A stretch of DNA of 64,000 nt from Monocercomonoides exilis PA203 (Eukaryota; Protista; Preaxostyla), in contig LSRY02000032.1 of the NCBI GenBank assembly GCA_001643675.2, forward strand, positions 558,001-622,000. The letters are read 5' to 3'. The position numbers and the translations under genes were made by a program. The stretch's first letter is position 1. Each line of letters starts with the position of its first letter. Below are positions 10,479 to 24,823 of the stretch, one piece after another. The notes beneath the pieces are model-generated. The model did not search any database and was not told where the DNA came from. It was given only the letters and a program-made list of their open reading frames with translations.

Positions 10479-13400
10479 TTAAAACTGCTCATCGGAAGGC
10501 GGGAGAACGGGTGCTGGAGCAGAAGTGCCCGAAGAAGCATTCAGAAGAGGCGCCATTCTGAGTGCAGACTGCATAAACGACGGCATCGATGCTACGATTG
10601 GGTGCTCAGGCGGAGGAGGCGCAGAGAACGAAGAGAAGGAGCCTGCGACTGACGAGTGAGGTGGATATGCACCAGCAGAAGAGGAAGATGATAAAGAAGA
10701 AGAAGAAGAAGAAGAAGAAGAAGAAGAAGATGGCTGTCCGTATGTATTGTAGTGATGGTGAGCCAGTGATGAAAGCTTAGCAGCGTCAGATAGGATGGAC
10801 GTGGGAGAGGAGAGGGAAGAGGAAGAGGAGGAGGAAGAGGAAGATGCCAAAGACAAAGAGGGCAAAGGCAATGATGTTGATGGCTGTGCACCAATTGATC
10901 TGAATCCATTGCTCACATTTCCTGTCATCCACGGCTGGATGGTGCTTTGTGGGATCTTCTGGTAAAAGGCAGCAGCAACTGCTTTGGAAGAGGAAGAGGA
11001 AGAAGAAGAAGAAGATGAGGAGGAGGAGGAAGAAGGGAAAGAAGAATCTGCTGTGCCAGCTGTCTTGTTCACTGCTGAAAGAGTTGGTGGATGTGCAGGA
11101 GAGCCAGGGAACGAAGGGAAGCTGAGAGCGTATGCAGGCATTGAGGGTGTGATGGGCGGAACGGTTGGGTCGTCAGGCGAAATGGCTGGCTGATAGTCAG
11201 GTTGAGACGGAAACTGGGACATTGGATCAATTATGCCTCTTCCTCTGCCCCTGCCTCTTCCTCGGCCTCTTCCACTTCCACTGCTGCTGCTGAAGCTGCT
11301 GCCAAACCCATCTCCTCCATCTCCACTGCCAATTCCACCTCTTCCTCTGCCTCTTCCTCTTCCTCTCCCTCTGCCCCTGCCTCTTCCTTCTCCTTCACTC
11401 CGATAGTCCATCATCTCATCCATGTCTGAGTCAAAGTCATCATCATCGTCGTCGTATTCTCCTCTTCCCCCTCTCCCTCTTCCTCTGCCTCTTCCTCTTC
11501 CCCGTCCTCTTCCTCTTCCACTTCCTTCTCTAGCATCTCCAGCTGCATAACTTCCACCAAAAGCAGCAGAAGCAGAAGCAGCAGCAGAAGGAGAAGGAGA
11601 AGAGCCATATGGCATCGATTGCATCGGAAGTGACTGATAAGGAAACTGCGCTCCAATTGGAGCATTCGGAGCAATCTGTGGCTGTGGCTGTGGCTGTGCC
11701 TGTGCCATTGGCTGTGTCGTTGACTGTGGTGGCATCTGAGTCTGAGGCTGTCCTTGCACATTCATCTGCATTGGCATCTGCATAGGAGGTTGTGACTGTT
11801 GTGTCTGTGTCTGTGCTTGTGTCTGTGATGGCATCTGAGGCGCCATCATCCCCATCATCATCATCTGCGGCTGCTGTTGCATTTGCTGTGGCGATGGAGT
11901 GAACTGAAGCATTCCAACACCCTGTGGATTGAACTGCCCATATGTTGCATTGAAATCACTGCTTTGCCCCCTTCCTCTTCCTCTTCCTCTGCCTCTCCCT
12001 CTTCCACTCCCACTACCACTTCCACTGCTCATTCCACTTCCTCTTCCCCTCCCTCTTCCTCTGCCTCTGCCTCTTCCCCGTCTCCCGCCTTCTCCATCCA
12101 CCCCAAAGTCGTCTTCATCCTCTTCCTCTGAGAAGAAGTCGCTCATCTCTTCATCTTCAGCCAGATCTTCATCGTCTCCATATCCTTCTTCTTCGTTCTC
12201 TTTGAACAAATCATCATCACTTTCGTCTTCGTCCTCTTCTCCTGCGTCGTTGAAGTCTTCGTCCTCTTCTTCTCTCTTTCTCCTCCCAACTTTCCCCGCT
12301 TTGCTCCCCTTCTTCCTCCCTCTCCTTCCTTTTGTTGGCAAAGCTTCTGCTGATGCTCCAGCAGCAGATGCAGACTCACCATCATTTGCATCTGCTTTCT
12401 TTTCCTTCTCTTCTTCATTTTCAGCATCATCTTCATCGTCGAATTCATCCCCTTTCACAAAGTCATCCACAATCGACTTTGAAGCATTGTTCTTTTTGGT
12501 TGTCTCTTTTTTCTTTGACTCTGCCTTCGACTGCTGAAGATGGGCATTGACACACCCAGACAGCGCAGCAAATGGATTGGTTATCTCTCGGAACGGAAGG
12601 GGCTTGTTGCGCTTGCCTAAGAAAGCAATTCAAATAAAAAAATAAAAAAGGAAAGAGAATAAAAGAAAAGAAAAATTTATCAAATATTTAAAAGAAATAT
12701 TATTTTATTAAAAAAAATGTATCAAAATAAATGAAAATTCATTGGAATTAGCAATAAAAAGCATACTCTTTCTGCAAGCGTCTTTGCATCCATAGATCTC
12801 TTCCACTGACAGAGCACCAGGATAGCTGTCCTTCTGCTCTGGAGTCAGCGCTTTTATCTCCCTCTTCACAGACACAAGATATTTGGTGCTGTCTGGCAGC
12901 TTCTCAAAGATCGGTGAATGCTCATTGCAAAAATGCAGGTAAAGAGCATCGATGTCGAGAGAAGGATGAGGAAGTGAATCTATCAACAGACTGTCTATAA
13001 GGTCAATGATGATTATTATTATTTAAAAAAAAGAAAATGTTTTCAAAATAATTTTGATTACAAAGAAATAACGCATTCAAATCAAAATAAAGAAAAGAAG
13101 AAAACGAAAAAAAAGGAGGAGAAGAAGAAAATAAAATAATTCAACTGATTGAACATAAAAAAATAGCAATAGCAAACATTTGACAGCACAGCTGATGTGA
13201 AAAGATTTGTCACAGTCAGCAGCTCCGCATTTCATCATGGCTCCAAGATCCGACTGGCAAATGCAGCATTTTCCTTTGAATCTCGATTTCTTCACCAAAC
13301 TTATATCAACATGCTCTTTATCAAATACGACCTATAAAACAAAAAACAATACATTTCATGAAAATTATTATCCTTCAGCAAATTCTTTATTATTTGCACA

Positions 13401-14324
13401 CTTCTGGAAAATAAATTCCGCAGCACGTGTGTATCCAACCTAAATTATCTTTCAATTCGCTCATCGCCCCACCAGCGTGGTGGCATAGCTTGCATTTTCT
13501 TTTTGGGTTGGGCTGCCCATCAGCAAGACGAGGTTTTAATCCATGCCTAAACAAAATATTCGCAATAGAAAAAATGTCTTATTCAAAAGAAGAAATTATC
13601 AAACCTACATGGCCTACAAAACCATTTATCTTTATTTAACTCCTCATCAGTTATTCCGTAGCAAGCAGCATGAACAGCAACTTGGCATCCATCACAGTAA
13701 ACAATAACATTGTCCTCAAAATCTGCGCTAAGCCCACAAACAGTGCACACTTTTGCTAAAATTTTTGAAATGATAATGTAATTGGTCCAAATAAAATGAA
13801 TTTTTAAAGGTATTTTCCATTTTTTTCAATTTTCATCAGTTCAGAAAAGTTTCCCGCATTTTTTGGTGAATAATCAAGAAACATAATTTAAATATAAGAT
13901 AATAAGATTATGTGCAAAAATATTTTTTAATGTTTTGGTTGATAATTAACTAAAAGAATTTGTAAGGCGATTTCAAACCTGAATCTGGGATCTCGTCATC
14001 TAAAGCATCCACATTCGGATTTGCAGCATCATCAAAAGCATTTTCAGAATTTTGTTCATTGTTTTCATCTTTTAATTCTTCTTCAAAAGTATTTTCAGAA
14101 TTTGTGGTATCTGTGAAGATTATAAAGAATGGGAAAGATTCGAATAAACAAAAGAGATTCTACGAGTACAGAAAGGTAATTATTCCAAACTATTTTCAGA
14201 TTCCTCCATGTTCTTGCGGAAATAATGAAATCGTTTGGTAACACTGCTCTGAAGCGCTTACAAACGATCAATAAAAAATATTAAAAATGCCCATATTTAC
14301 TCAAAAACTCTGATCAGATTCCAT
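10479..14324 (-). CDS. PZP-domain (PHD-Zn knuckle-PHD; AF10/JADE/BRPF-like) chromatin protein with long low-complexity tail
   Basis: Exons encode CTVCGLSADFEDNVIVYCDGCQVAVHAACYG...WFCRPC, CKLCHHAGGAM...WIHTCCGIYFPEV and CCICQSDLGAMMKCGAADCDKSFHISCA...HFCNEH. The last exon has acidic, RG, Q/P and poly-S tracts. Start uncertain (14209 or 14324). Confidence 0.85.
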
Positions 14325-14513
14325 ATCATCTATCAAAAAAGTCGAAATCATAAGATTGAAAATATCTTTTAATTATAGAGTTTTATTATCAAAAAGCGAG
14401 CTTTGGAAAACTTAAATGCTATGTTTTACAAAAAAAAAATATTTTCATTAAAATAAAGAAAAATGAATTACTAAAAAATTTTCTTGATTCCAACTCGTTT
14501 ATGAAATGCCTTT

Positions 14514-16819
14514 CTAAGATACCAGTTTTGCAAGTAGAACCGCTGAAAGTATGTTGCATTGTGGAGCGAAATAATTCCGAGTATAAGCAGCAGCAGGAGC
14601 AGAGGAAGAAGGTGATGTTGATGATGATGATGATGAATTGTGATCTGAGAGTTTGAAATCAGATAAAGAGATTTGATGAAGTGTTTGAAGTGAAATAACA
14701 GACATAATCATCGATTTGTTGAAGCTGTCTCCGTCTTCCATGAGGAGACATAGCAACGTCAGTGCTTTTGCTACAATGTCAGACGATGGATGGCTAATTT
14801 TATTTTATTTTATTTGAAAGTGGATAGAAATTGGATAATTTAAAAATAAATAAAGAAGAGATGCGTTTGTAAAATCAAAGAAAGCAGAAGGAAGAAAGGA
14901 AGAAAGGAAGAAAGGAAGCAAAATAAAGATGAGTAAAAGCAAATACAGAACAGAGAACATAACAATTGATGAAAACATTAAAAGTTTTGTGATTTAAGGG
15001 ATAATTAAAAATTATTATGATAACAAGTGCAAACCTTAAGCAGTTCGACGCAAAAACATGGGCGTTTGTTTGGAATAGACGGAAATGGTTTGCTGGGATG
15101 AAACAAATACAAAAGAACATTTAAATTGAAATATTAATGAATAGCAAAAGCAGATGATGATAAATTTTTTCAAAAAATTTGTTAAGAATTTTTTTTAAAA
15201 AAAAAAAAGAGATAGTCAACAAAGTGCAAAGCTTTCAAAAAAAAAGAAAAGAAAAGAAAAAAATATTATTGTCTTTGCTTTATTCTTGTCATTGAAATAT
15301 ACCTTTATTTCCTGCTACGCAACACAGGCAGCAAAGAGTATTTAATATAACTGATTCATTTCCTGCACAACTGCTTGCCTTAGCAGTTAAAGAAGAAGAA
15401 GATATAGAACTTGAAAGGAGTTGAGAATCATCCAAATGTTTGTCATCAGATTTCTCCTCGTTTTCTTCCTTTTTGTCTTCTTTCTTCTGTCCATTCTCAG
15501 TTCCTGGTTTTTCCTCTTTGCTTTTTTCCTCTTTCTCGCTCATTTCTTCCTCGCTCTGCTTTTTGCACAGCCCCATCCTTTCAACCACATCCATTATGTC
15601 TCTCACCAGTCTTCCATATTCTCCGCGCAGAGGAAGCGAACGAAGCAGCACGCAAAGACACCACGACGCGATCATTTGATTGTCACTTCGCTGCACTTCA
15701 CTTAGAACCTTCTTAAGCACAGACATACCCCCAATTGATTCGACACGCGCCACATTTGAATTCTGTGTGTGATAAGATGAGAGCAACTGGTTGGATGAAG
15801 TGTGTGTTGTGGTTGATTCGGAAGAGGGCAAAGAGGAAGCAGACGCAGATGATGCTGTAGATGACGTTGCTGAAGCAGAATTTTGAATGGTTGCGTCTGA
15901 TGCTTTTGTGATTTTTGCTTGACTTTTATCTTCTGCTCTTGTTACGTAACCATTTTCATTCAGCAAATCAAAAAGTGATTGAATTGCGAAATGAACGACT
16001 GTAGAATCGGTATGCTGCACTAATCTCATCAAATTCTCTATTGTACCGCTGTTGATAAGTTGTAATGCAATTTCTTGATCTCGAGATGACGTGAAATGTG
16101 AAAGTGGAAGAAGATGATCTGATTGAATTGTTTCATGTGAACCTGAAATGAAAATATTCAGCATTTCTGCTAAATCTGGGCAAAACACTTGACGAAGGTA
16201 TTCCGGGTTGTCGGAAAGTGCTTCATCAAGTACAGAACAAACTAATTTTCGAATGTTTGTTGATGGATGATGTTTAATCAAGTTTGTGAGGTGTGTAAAC
16301 ATTTCTGTGTTCACAATATCAGGACGATCCGACATTTGTGCAGAAACAAGATTTTTTTTAAGTATCGTTAGAGCGGTTTCAACAGTCATAAGACTGGAAT
16401 CACTAAAATGAACAAAAAAGATTGTAAACGAAAAAATTACAATTTTTTCTTTCAAACCCAGATTTTCTAACCCCCTTTAGAATTCCTCGTGTTATTTGTA
16501 ACATTTCATCATCTGTTTTTGTGAAAGAAGCATCAAAAGAATTAGAAACCGATAAACTATCGTCCAGAGGTAAAGAAACATAATCCATTGGAGAAAGGCG
16601 AGCTTTAACCCTATCCAACGTACTTGAAACACGTTTTACTTGATCAGCAAGAGATGGAGGGATGCGGTTGTCATGTTTGAGCTTTTGTACAAAAGGTTCA
16701 ACTTGCTCCAAGTCTTTCAAACTTTGAGCTGAAGTTATACGTAAAATAACTAAATTCAGCATATTTTCAAGCTGTATTAATGTATCCTCTGTGCTTGTTT
16801 TTGCAGTTGAATCGCTCAT
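14514..16819 (-). CDS. Hypothetical armadillo/HEAT-like helical repeat protein (3 exons)
   Basis: ORFs 16403-16819, 15289-16455 and 14514-14756 join through GT-AG introns. ARM-like segments include LINSGTIENLMRLVQHTDSTVVHFAIQSLFDL and VESIGGMSVLKKVL. Confidence 0.7.
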
Positions 16820-16951
16820 AGATGAGAAATCACAAAAACAAATTTGAATGATCTCCCCTTTTTCGATAATTATTTGTGAATAAAAATTATTGAATATTTT
16901 CAGAAGTTAGTGACGTGTAATGTTTGATAATTAAATGTGTGTTTTTTTAAC

Positions 16952-19900
16952 TTAAAGCTCGTCTTTGTTTGGTGGAAGTGGAATTTGCTTTTGTTTTGGT
17001 GTTTCTGGAACCGTTGTAGTATTGATATTGACGCCAAGCTTTTGCTCGAGAGTTAAAATCTTTTCATGGTATATGTTCCAATCCTAAAATAAGAAACATG
17101 ATTAAATAATTACATTTAATTGTTTTACAAATTTCGAGTTATTAATATTTGAAAAAAAAATAAAAAAAAATTCATACTGGAATTGCACGTTTGGCATATG
17201 CCAGTTTGTGTTCCTTTGTTCTGGGATTGTTGCACAGATCGATTGTCCGTGCCTTTTCTTGTGTCTCGTCCGAGCACCACGACCCGCACCAGAGCCAGTT
17301 TTGGTCGAGTGAATAGATGGGGATGACATCCTGGAGCATATTTGGCAGGTCTTGATCTAAGTTGGAGAGAGAATTCTTGTCAAGTGCATGCTCTTCATAC
17401 GTCTCTCGCAAATAGTCGCCGGCGCCCATTGAACGGAACAGGCCGAGATCAACAGCAAACAAAGCGGAAATGTGATATGGCTTACCATTCAGCTTTGACT
17501 TCCAATAGCCAGTCTGTAATCATTCAGTTTGAAAGATGATAATGTTGCATGGTTTTGTTCAATTTAGACAAAAAGAAAGTAAGAAAAACAAAAGAGATAA
17601 GTGTAAAAGCAATGGTATAAATGGAAAAGTTTAAAATATAAATAAAAAAGGAAAAATCTAAACAAACTTCCCAAAATCTGTAAGATGCCATTTCTGGTCT
17701 GTTGCTGCAGAAAGGTGTGAATGCATATGGCGCCCCTTTCATATCCAGCTCCATCAGCTGCATCATATCAGTCCTGCACACATTGTCTGCGTCCACAAAG
17801 ATGACCCGCTCCACATCCAGCGGAAACAGCACGTCTAGAAACAGGATCTTCATCGCCCACACCGTCCGCATCTTTGTCGTGGGACGTGTCAGCCAGCCAG
17901 GCCACACGTAGTCCACAAACTCGTAGTCAAACCCGAACTCTGCAGCCATCTTGGGAAGCGTGCGCCGAAACAGCGGAGAAGTCACTGAGCCGATGAACCA
18001 GAACTTCACCCGCTGCTTCGTGTGGTCGACAACAGACGTCATCATAATTTTGGCCAGGCGCTCGTAGAGATGTCCCGAGCAGATGGTGAAGATGTGGATG
18101 GCCGGCTTTGGCGTTGCTGGGACATGTTCAGAAGAAGATTGAGACATGGAAATTGATTGAGATGACTCCAAAGAAGAAGAAGAAGAATGTGATGGAGGAG
18201 GAGGAGAAGAAGAAGAAGATTTCCGATTTGATGAAAGTGCATCAGCTTTGGCAGGTGTAGTAGCATTTCCTTTTCGCATTTTCGCAAGCAAGTTCCTCAA
18301 AAAGCTTTTTGTCAGCTCGAGCCAACCTTCCACTTTCCGTTCAGAACTTGAAAGAGCACCACCGCCATTTACACTGTTTCCTCCGCTGATTGAGTCCTTC
18401 ATCAGCTTGTACAAGTTGTGCTTCCTCTCCAGCGCATTCACCCGCACATCCAGCGACAGCCCGTCCCATCCTCTGATCATCACCTTCATCGACTGCCGGC
18501 TGCTGTGCAGATACTCTCCTCCTCCCTTTCCCACAGCTACACTTCGGCTTGTGTGTCTGATGTCTGGCTTAACACTCTGAATTGGCGTGGCAGAGACAGA
18601 GGCAGGCTCGGAGTCTGTGCGCATCTGCAGAGAAAGCGGAGTGACGCTGAGGAAGGCCATGTAATCAGACAGGGCTGGGGCAAGTGACAGCGTGTGCACA
18701 CCAGCAGAAGGAGTGGAAAGTTGGAAATAGCCAAGCTGGCTCATGATGACTGTGGTGGAATTGAAGATTGCTTTGGTTTGAGCAGATGGCACAGGGACAA
18801 TGGAAGATGTGTTTTGATTGTTGCTCATTTGACTGTTATTTTTTGTGTCTTTTTTGCTTTCATTTCTGCTCACAGAAAGAGACAAGATGTTCCTGTTGAG
18901 TTCTTCAGGTGTCTCAGTCACAAGAGAAAGAGGAAGGCCAGCAGCTGGTCTGTCGTAGATATCCAGTGCATGTCCGTGTATCACAAATCGGTCTATTGCA
19001 TATACCGCTTTCACTACACGTGGCTCATCTGAGGATAAAAATAGAAATTTTAGAAAAGAATAAAAATTATTTATTTGGGAAAAAAAATATCAAAAGCATT
19101 TAACAGTTGGTAGTTTTAAGAAATAATGCAGAAATTTTTTTCATTGGTTTAAAAGCCGAATGAATATTGATAATTAAATTTATTAAAAATTCAAGTGAAA
19201 GAAAAAACAAACCGCTTGTTTCTGAATCGAACTTTATGTTGTCCAGATCGTCCTTTGCCTCCTTCTGCACCACCATCCACCCCATCGTTGCCTGATGATT
19301 GAGGGTGAACACAAAGTGCGGCGGCAGATCTTCAAACAGCACTTTCACGCTCCTCTGCAGCTTTCCTGTCTTCTCATCAAAAGTCAAGGGAGATGGTGCC
19401 ACGTAGTGATAGAACGACGCCATAGGCATCGATGATATGGTCGTTGGGGGTGTCAGAACCAAAGTCGAGTTCTGCATCCAGCGGCCAAATTGATTGCGGA
19501 GAAGCACAAGCAAAGAAATCAGCGGACGCTGCGCCATGTTCATCGGATCGATTGCGGCAAACACATTCAACAGTGCTGGAACAGCTGCAGAAGATGAACC
19601 TGCTGCGAGATCTGATGCTTCTGTGTTCAAATTCTGCTGATCTGCTAAGATTTCCTGTGGAGACGAATCGTCTTCGACTGTGTTGTTCTCTTCTTCGTCT
19701 GATGAAGCGCTTGCTTCTTTTTCGTTTTCATCCAGTTTTGCTTCTTCTGTTGTTGAATTTCTTTGTTTAGCTTCTTTTGCATCCTCTTTCTTCTCCTCTT
19801 TCTTCTCCTCTTTTGATTCAGGCAAGTCCTCCTTTGGCATCATCGGGCACGAATAGCGGAGGTTCGAGAACACAATTGCTGTCTCTCTTTGGATTGCAGT

Positions 19901-22900
19901 TGCACGCGGCCTCAGATGGCAGTGCATTCCCTGCACATCACACAGCACTGAAACAAGAGAAGAGCCATCGTCATACACTCTCTTCAGCAAAAGATCGTCT
20001 GTCTCATTGTCATCACTTTCAACACTGTTGACTTCTTCTTTGGAATTGATCTTGTTGTTTTTATCTACTTTATCTGCTTCAGCTTTATTCTCTTCCTCTT
20101 CTTTCTTTGTCTTCTTTGAGCCTTCAACAACCTTATCAGCTCCGAGTTTCATCCTTTCGATCAGCTTCTTCTCCATCCATTTCTCGTTCAACAATCCTGT
20201 CAGCCTCACTGCCTCGTCGTCTACAAGCTCTTCTCCTTTTTCAACCAGATTGCGCCACAAAGGCAGCCAGCGGTTGAGCATCTCCCACGACTCAACGTGC
20301 TTCATCCCAGATTTGTCCAGAAGCGACCACAAAGCGGCATCGAAGTCAGGCGCAGAACGAGAGGAATAATGAGGATTTTCGTATAAGCCGAATTCCAATG
20401 GAATCGCACATTCATCTGTATAAGCGTTGGCATCTCTCACATGCAGCGGGTGTGTATCATGGAGTATTTTCGAGTAATACTCCACACACGAATATTGCTT
20501 CACCTTCGCTTCAGACCACAGAAGCGGGCGAACCAAACCGTTTGTAATCAGAAATGCAGCAGACAGCTTCTCACATGATTGCACTTTGGCTTTCATTATT
20601 ATCACTTCATTCCCCAAAAACGGTTGAGTCAAATCCATTTCGCGTATTTTCTGGCGATGCAATTTGAGTGTGTTTGTAAGAGATGCCATTGTTTTCTTGT
20701 CGCCCGATGCAAGCAATTCAACTTTTGATAAGATCTTTCTGAGCCATTCGTGTTTAACTTGGCTCTCGTTATTATCAGCATCAACTGAATCCTCATCCTT
20801 TCTGTATTCTTTCACATTCACCAATGAATTCCACTCAGAAACAGAAACACCAGCCTCTTCAACACTCCATTTCTTCAAAGTGTCCAAAACAGTCTCCTTT
20901 GAAAAAGCTGAATGAACTTCGCCGGATGGACTGACTGAGGCGTCAAGCAGCGCCAAAACATACGACTGAGTCAGATTCATTGGCACTCTGTCGATTGTCT
21001 CAAGGAACAAAGACGGGAAAGAAAGCTGGTTGGCTTCGGTGGCGTAAAACAGGAACGCCAAACGAGACACACCTGCAGTCATTTCTGAGACTGTTTGTAT
21101 GGCTGTTGCGATGTGGTGTGCATCTGTTGGATCAATCACAAGGAAATGTGTCAGAGGAGCAGAGCAGTTCAGCAGCCGGTTCTTTATGTTTGAAGTCCTC
21201 TTTTCTGATTGAGTGCTGGCTTCTTGCGACTGATCCAAAGAAGATGCTGATGATGACGACGACATGAGCAGTTGACGTGAAGGCGGATACACAAAAGTTG
21301 ATTGGTGTATCAGCGATGCCAAATATGCGGATGACAGAAAGTGTGCAGCTGAGTTTGGATTTGAAGACGGCTGTGCAAACGGCGAAGACAAGTAGATATT
21401 TGGCAGTCTTCCAGTTTCCGAAGATGGCAAAGACTTCTCAGCGCCCCACTTCTCTTCCTCAGCAGTCGTCTCAAACAGCACATTTCGACGCAGCGGCACG
21501 TGGCTGGCGAGTGGCATTGGGTCGAATTGCCCCAGTGTAACGAAGTGATTGCCCTCTTTTCCTTTCGACCGGCGGAACAGGAACTCCCACTCTTCTGTTT
21601 CAAAGGCTGCACGCCTCACCCTCCGTGATGCATCAGACGCAGACGGATTGAGGAAGCCAGCGTCATCTTCATCATCTTCATCAGCTTCGATGTCGTGCAG
21701 CTCTTCCTGTAGCTTCTTGATTTGCAAAAGCTCCTTCCGTGTCAGTGTGTCACCCAGCTTTTTAAGCTCCTCTAGTCTTCTCAGCAGCTTTTCTCTCTTT
21801 TTCCTCTTCTCCTCATTCACTTTCTGCATCACTTTCTCTTTCTCTGTCATCACATCGTCCAATGCCACTGCCCCAAGCTGTCTGCTGCTGCGAAAGACAG
21901 CTTCAGGACTGGTTGCTTCCCAGATCTCCTCCACAACATCATTTCCCCGATTCTCCGGTCTGAAAATTGGAGGAAGGGCAAGTCCATCTTCTTCGTTGTC
22001 AACAGATTGCTTCTCTTGATTGCTCTCTGATGATTCTGAGTGTGAAGAAGAAGCTGCTTTGTCAAAAGCTCTGTTTATCTCCAGCAGCTTCCTCTTTTCA
22101 GCTGCAAGTGCATGAGGCGTGCGCAGGTTTATTGACCGCGACACAATGAGGAAGCGCAGCAAGTCGTACTCTTTCATCGCCAGCGTGCCAATTGAGGCAG
22201 AAATGTCTTCGGTTCCGCACAAAATCCCGTTCAGAAACATCGACGGAACAGGAACATGAGTCTCCTGCAGCGTCTGCTTCACTTTGCGCAGCTCTTTCTC
22301 CACATCTTCGAAGGAGCCGTTCACTGCCATTTCAAACTCGTCGCGTGTCATCATGTTTGTTCGTGTCTCGTTGCCGCGCAGGCCAACCGTCTTCGCACCG
22401 TTGATGCGATACCACCGCTTCACTGCAATAGCTTCCACATCCTTCACGAGCAGCCCTCTTTTCTCGATCTCATTTTTCGTGTTGGTCTGCTGCAGCGACT
22501 TGTACGAGCGATACCACGCCTGCTCCACAATCAGCGCTGCATCGACTGAGCCGAAGCACTTCGAATGGTAAGTCCACCATCTGGCCAGCCTTTCAGACTC
22601 AGAGGGTGAGTCGACCACTTCATTTTCAGTATCAACAATGTGTGTGTTTGAGCCAGTGCGAGTAGGGACAATAGGCACAATGGCGAATCGAATGGGAACG
22701 CCTCGTCTGATGAGGTTGAGGATAATGGAGACTGTCTTGACGCTTTCTGGCTTGTGGAGATCGACAAATGCGCTGACAACAATAAGATTCTTTTTGATCT
22801 GTGGAAACATTCCAGAGGGAAGACGGATGAGGAAGTTCGGGTCCTGGATCCACATAGCAAAGCGCTCATCGTGCTCGATGTTGTTGAGGTAATACAACTC

Positions 22901-24697
22901 CGAAGGCGGTCGGATGGCTGTGCGGATGCTGAGCAGCGAAAAGGCGTTGTGGGAGTGCATAAGAGGCGTGTTCATCATCCCTTGGATAGCTTGGTCGTTG
23001 AGAAGCATTGGAAACACCGCAGAGCTTGCGACGCTTTCTGCTGCAACACTGCCGAGTCCGATTTCATCCACAAGTGACGATGCATGTGCCAGTTCGGCAG
23101 ATGCCTCGTCCACCAAGTTCCATGCAGAGAGCGATTGGCTCAGCTCTCTTGTGTCCAGTATACGCCCGTTGATCATCAGATATCCCTCCAGTGCTGAGTA
23201 GTGCTGTCGCTGCTGCTCCATCATCCGCACGAATGTTCTGTTGGGGCTGAGATGCACAATAGACGGGGCAGCAAGTGGCAAAGCTGATGTTATGCGCTGC
23301 AGAGTACCGAGCGGATCATCTGAAGAATAAATATGGTATGCTGCCTTCATTCCGAAATCCTTTGTCAGCGCCAATGGCAGATGCTTGGAAAGAGCAACGG
23401 CTACAAGTGCTGAACGAAGACGGCCCAGTGGGGATTCTGCAGGTACTGCAAATGGTTTGCCCTTTTGGTAAGTTTCATTGTCCATCCAGAAATCGATCGT
23501 ACGCTCGTGTGTTTTGTTTGCAGAGCTGTTTCCTGTGCTGATGAAGTGCGATAAATTGGCAAGATTGGGGTGGTTGCGTGCAATGCGCTGGATGTCTATT
23601 CCAAGAATAGGTTGATTGTATAACGGATCTGTTGCAATAAGATACTGTTTTGAGAAACTTTTTCTTTTTGAATATGGATTGGAATCTTCATTTGGATATT
23701 CAGAAGAAACATTTGTGCTGTTGCTCGTGCGACTTGCTTTTGTTGAACGCGCTTGAGTGTCGCTGAATGTGTATTCTGAATCTCGAACAGCTAATTCTAT
23801 TCCGTACCCTGGAACATCCATTGGCTCTTCTGATCCATCATTCGTTTCACCATTTGTAAAATTACAACGGCTATGCCGAAAGACAATTAAAAATGGAACT
23901 GCTCCATTGTTATCAATTGATATTTCTTTTTGTACTTTAATCAGTGAAGAAACCCATTTATAAACAAGTGGATCATCAAAATTTCCATAAACGTGAACTA
24001 TTGTCAAAAATTCTGGTTTCACATACGGATTTAATGGAATGACATGATCGTTGTCTGTTACAAGAGGAAAATTGTTGAAAGTTTCTTGAAATTCTGAATT
24101 TTTCCTTTTTAATTTTTCCTTGTTTTCATAAATACGAGAATGCAGAGATGTTTCCAATGCATTCAGATCGAAAAATATTTCTTCCTCTTTTCCGAGTAAT
24201 GCATAATCTGCTGAATACTTATTGTCCAACGAGTCATTCATTTTTAAATTGCTAGTATCATCATTTGTTTTTGAATGAATTGAAAGCGTCGCAAATGCAT
24301 GAAATGTTGATGGAAATGAATTATTTCTTGATTTGGAAAGATGGCTTTGCAAGATTTGCTTTGAAAATTGATCAAGAGATTCCACAATAACTGTTTTTGA
24401 ATGAAGAGATAATTTTGCTTGAAGAGAAGCGCATATAGCTTCTGAATGCGCTTCAGTTTTTAAAAAATCTATTGTAAAATCATAAATCTCTTTTTCATCT
24501 TTTGTAGAAAAATTGCTTTCATGAAATTTGAAAAAATATTTCCAAAACAAATTCTCGTCAAAGTCACTTATAATTTCGCTAAGTTCAGATGCAATTGATA
24601 CTGAACTAAATGGAGCTTGAGTAGATACGACAATAGATCGATCTGATAAGGAAAAAGCATACAAGATTCCAGCAAAAAAAACAAAATAAAAAAGCAT
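16952..24697 (-). CDS. UGGT: UDP-glucose:glycoprotein glucosyltransferase (GT24), 4 exons
   Basis: Signal peptide; [54 protein letters not shown] (DxD), [25 protein letters not shown] and [12 protein letters not shown]. The last exon ends ...NKDEL*. Confidence 0.95.
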
Positions 24698-24823
24698 TAT
24701 TTTATATAAATATTATGTTATCTTTGATCATAATTCTTAAAAATGAATTCTCTATTAAACAAGTCTTGTAAAAATAAAATGTTTCAATATAAACTTACTA
24801 ACATGTTATATGACTTCAATTAT

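Noticed and set aside
11929-12537. (LP)n/poly-S plus-strand ORF and similar L/H-rich ORFs over NFX1, UGGT and the receptor
   Set aside because: Alternate-frame or antisense readings of low-complexity tracts.
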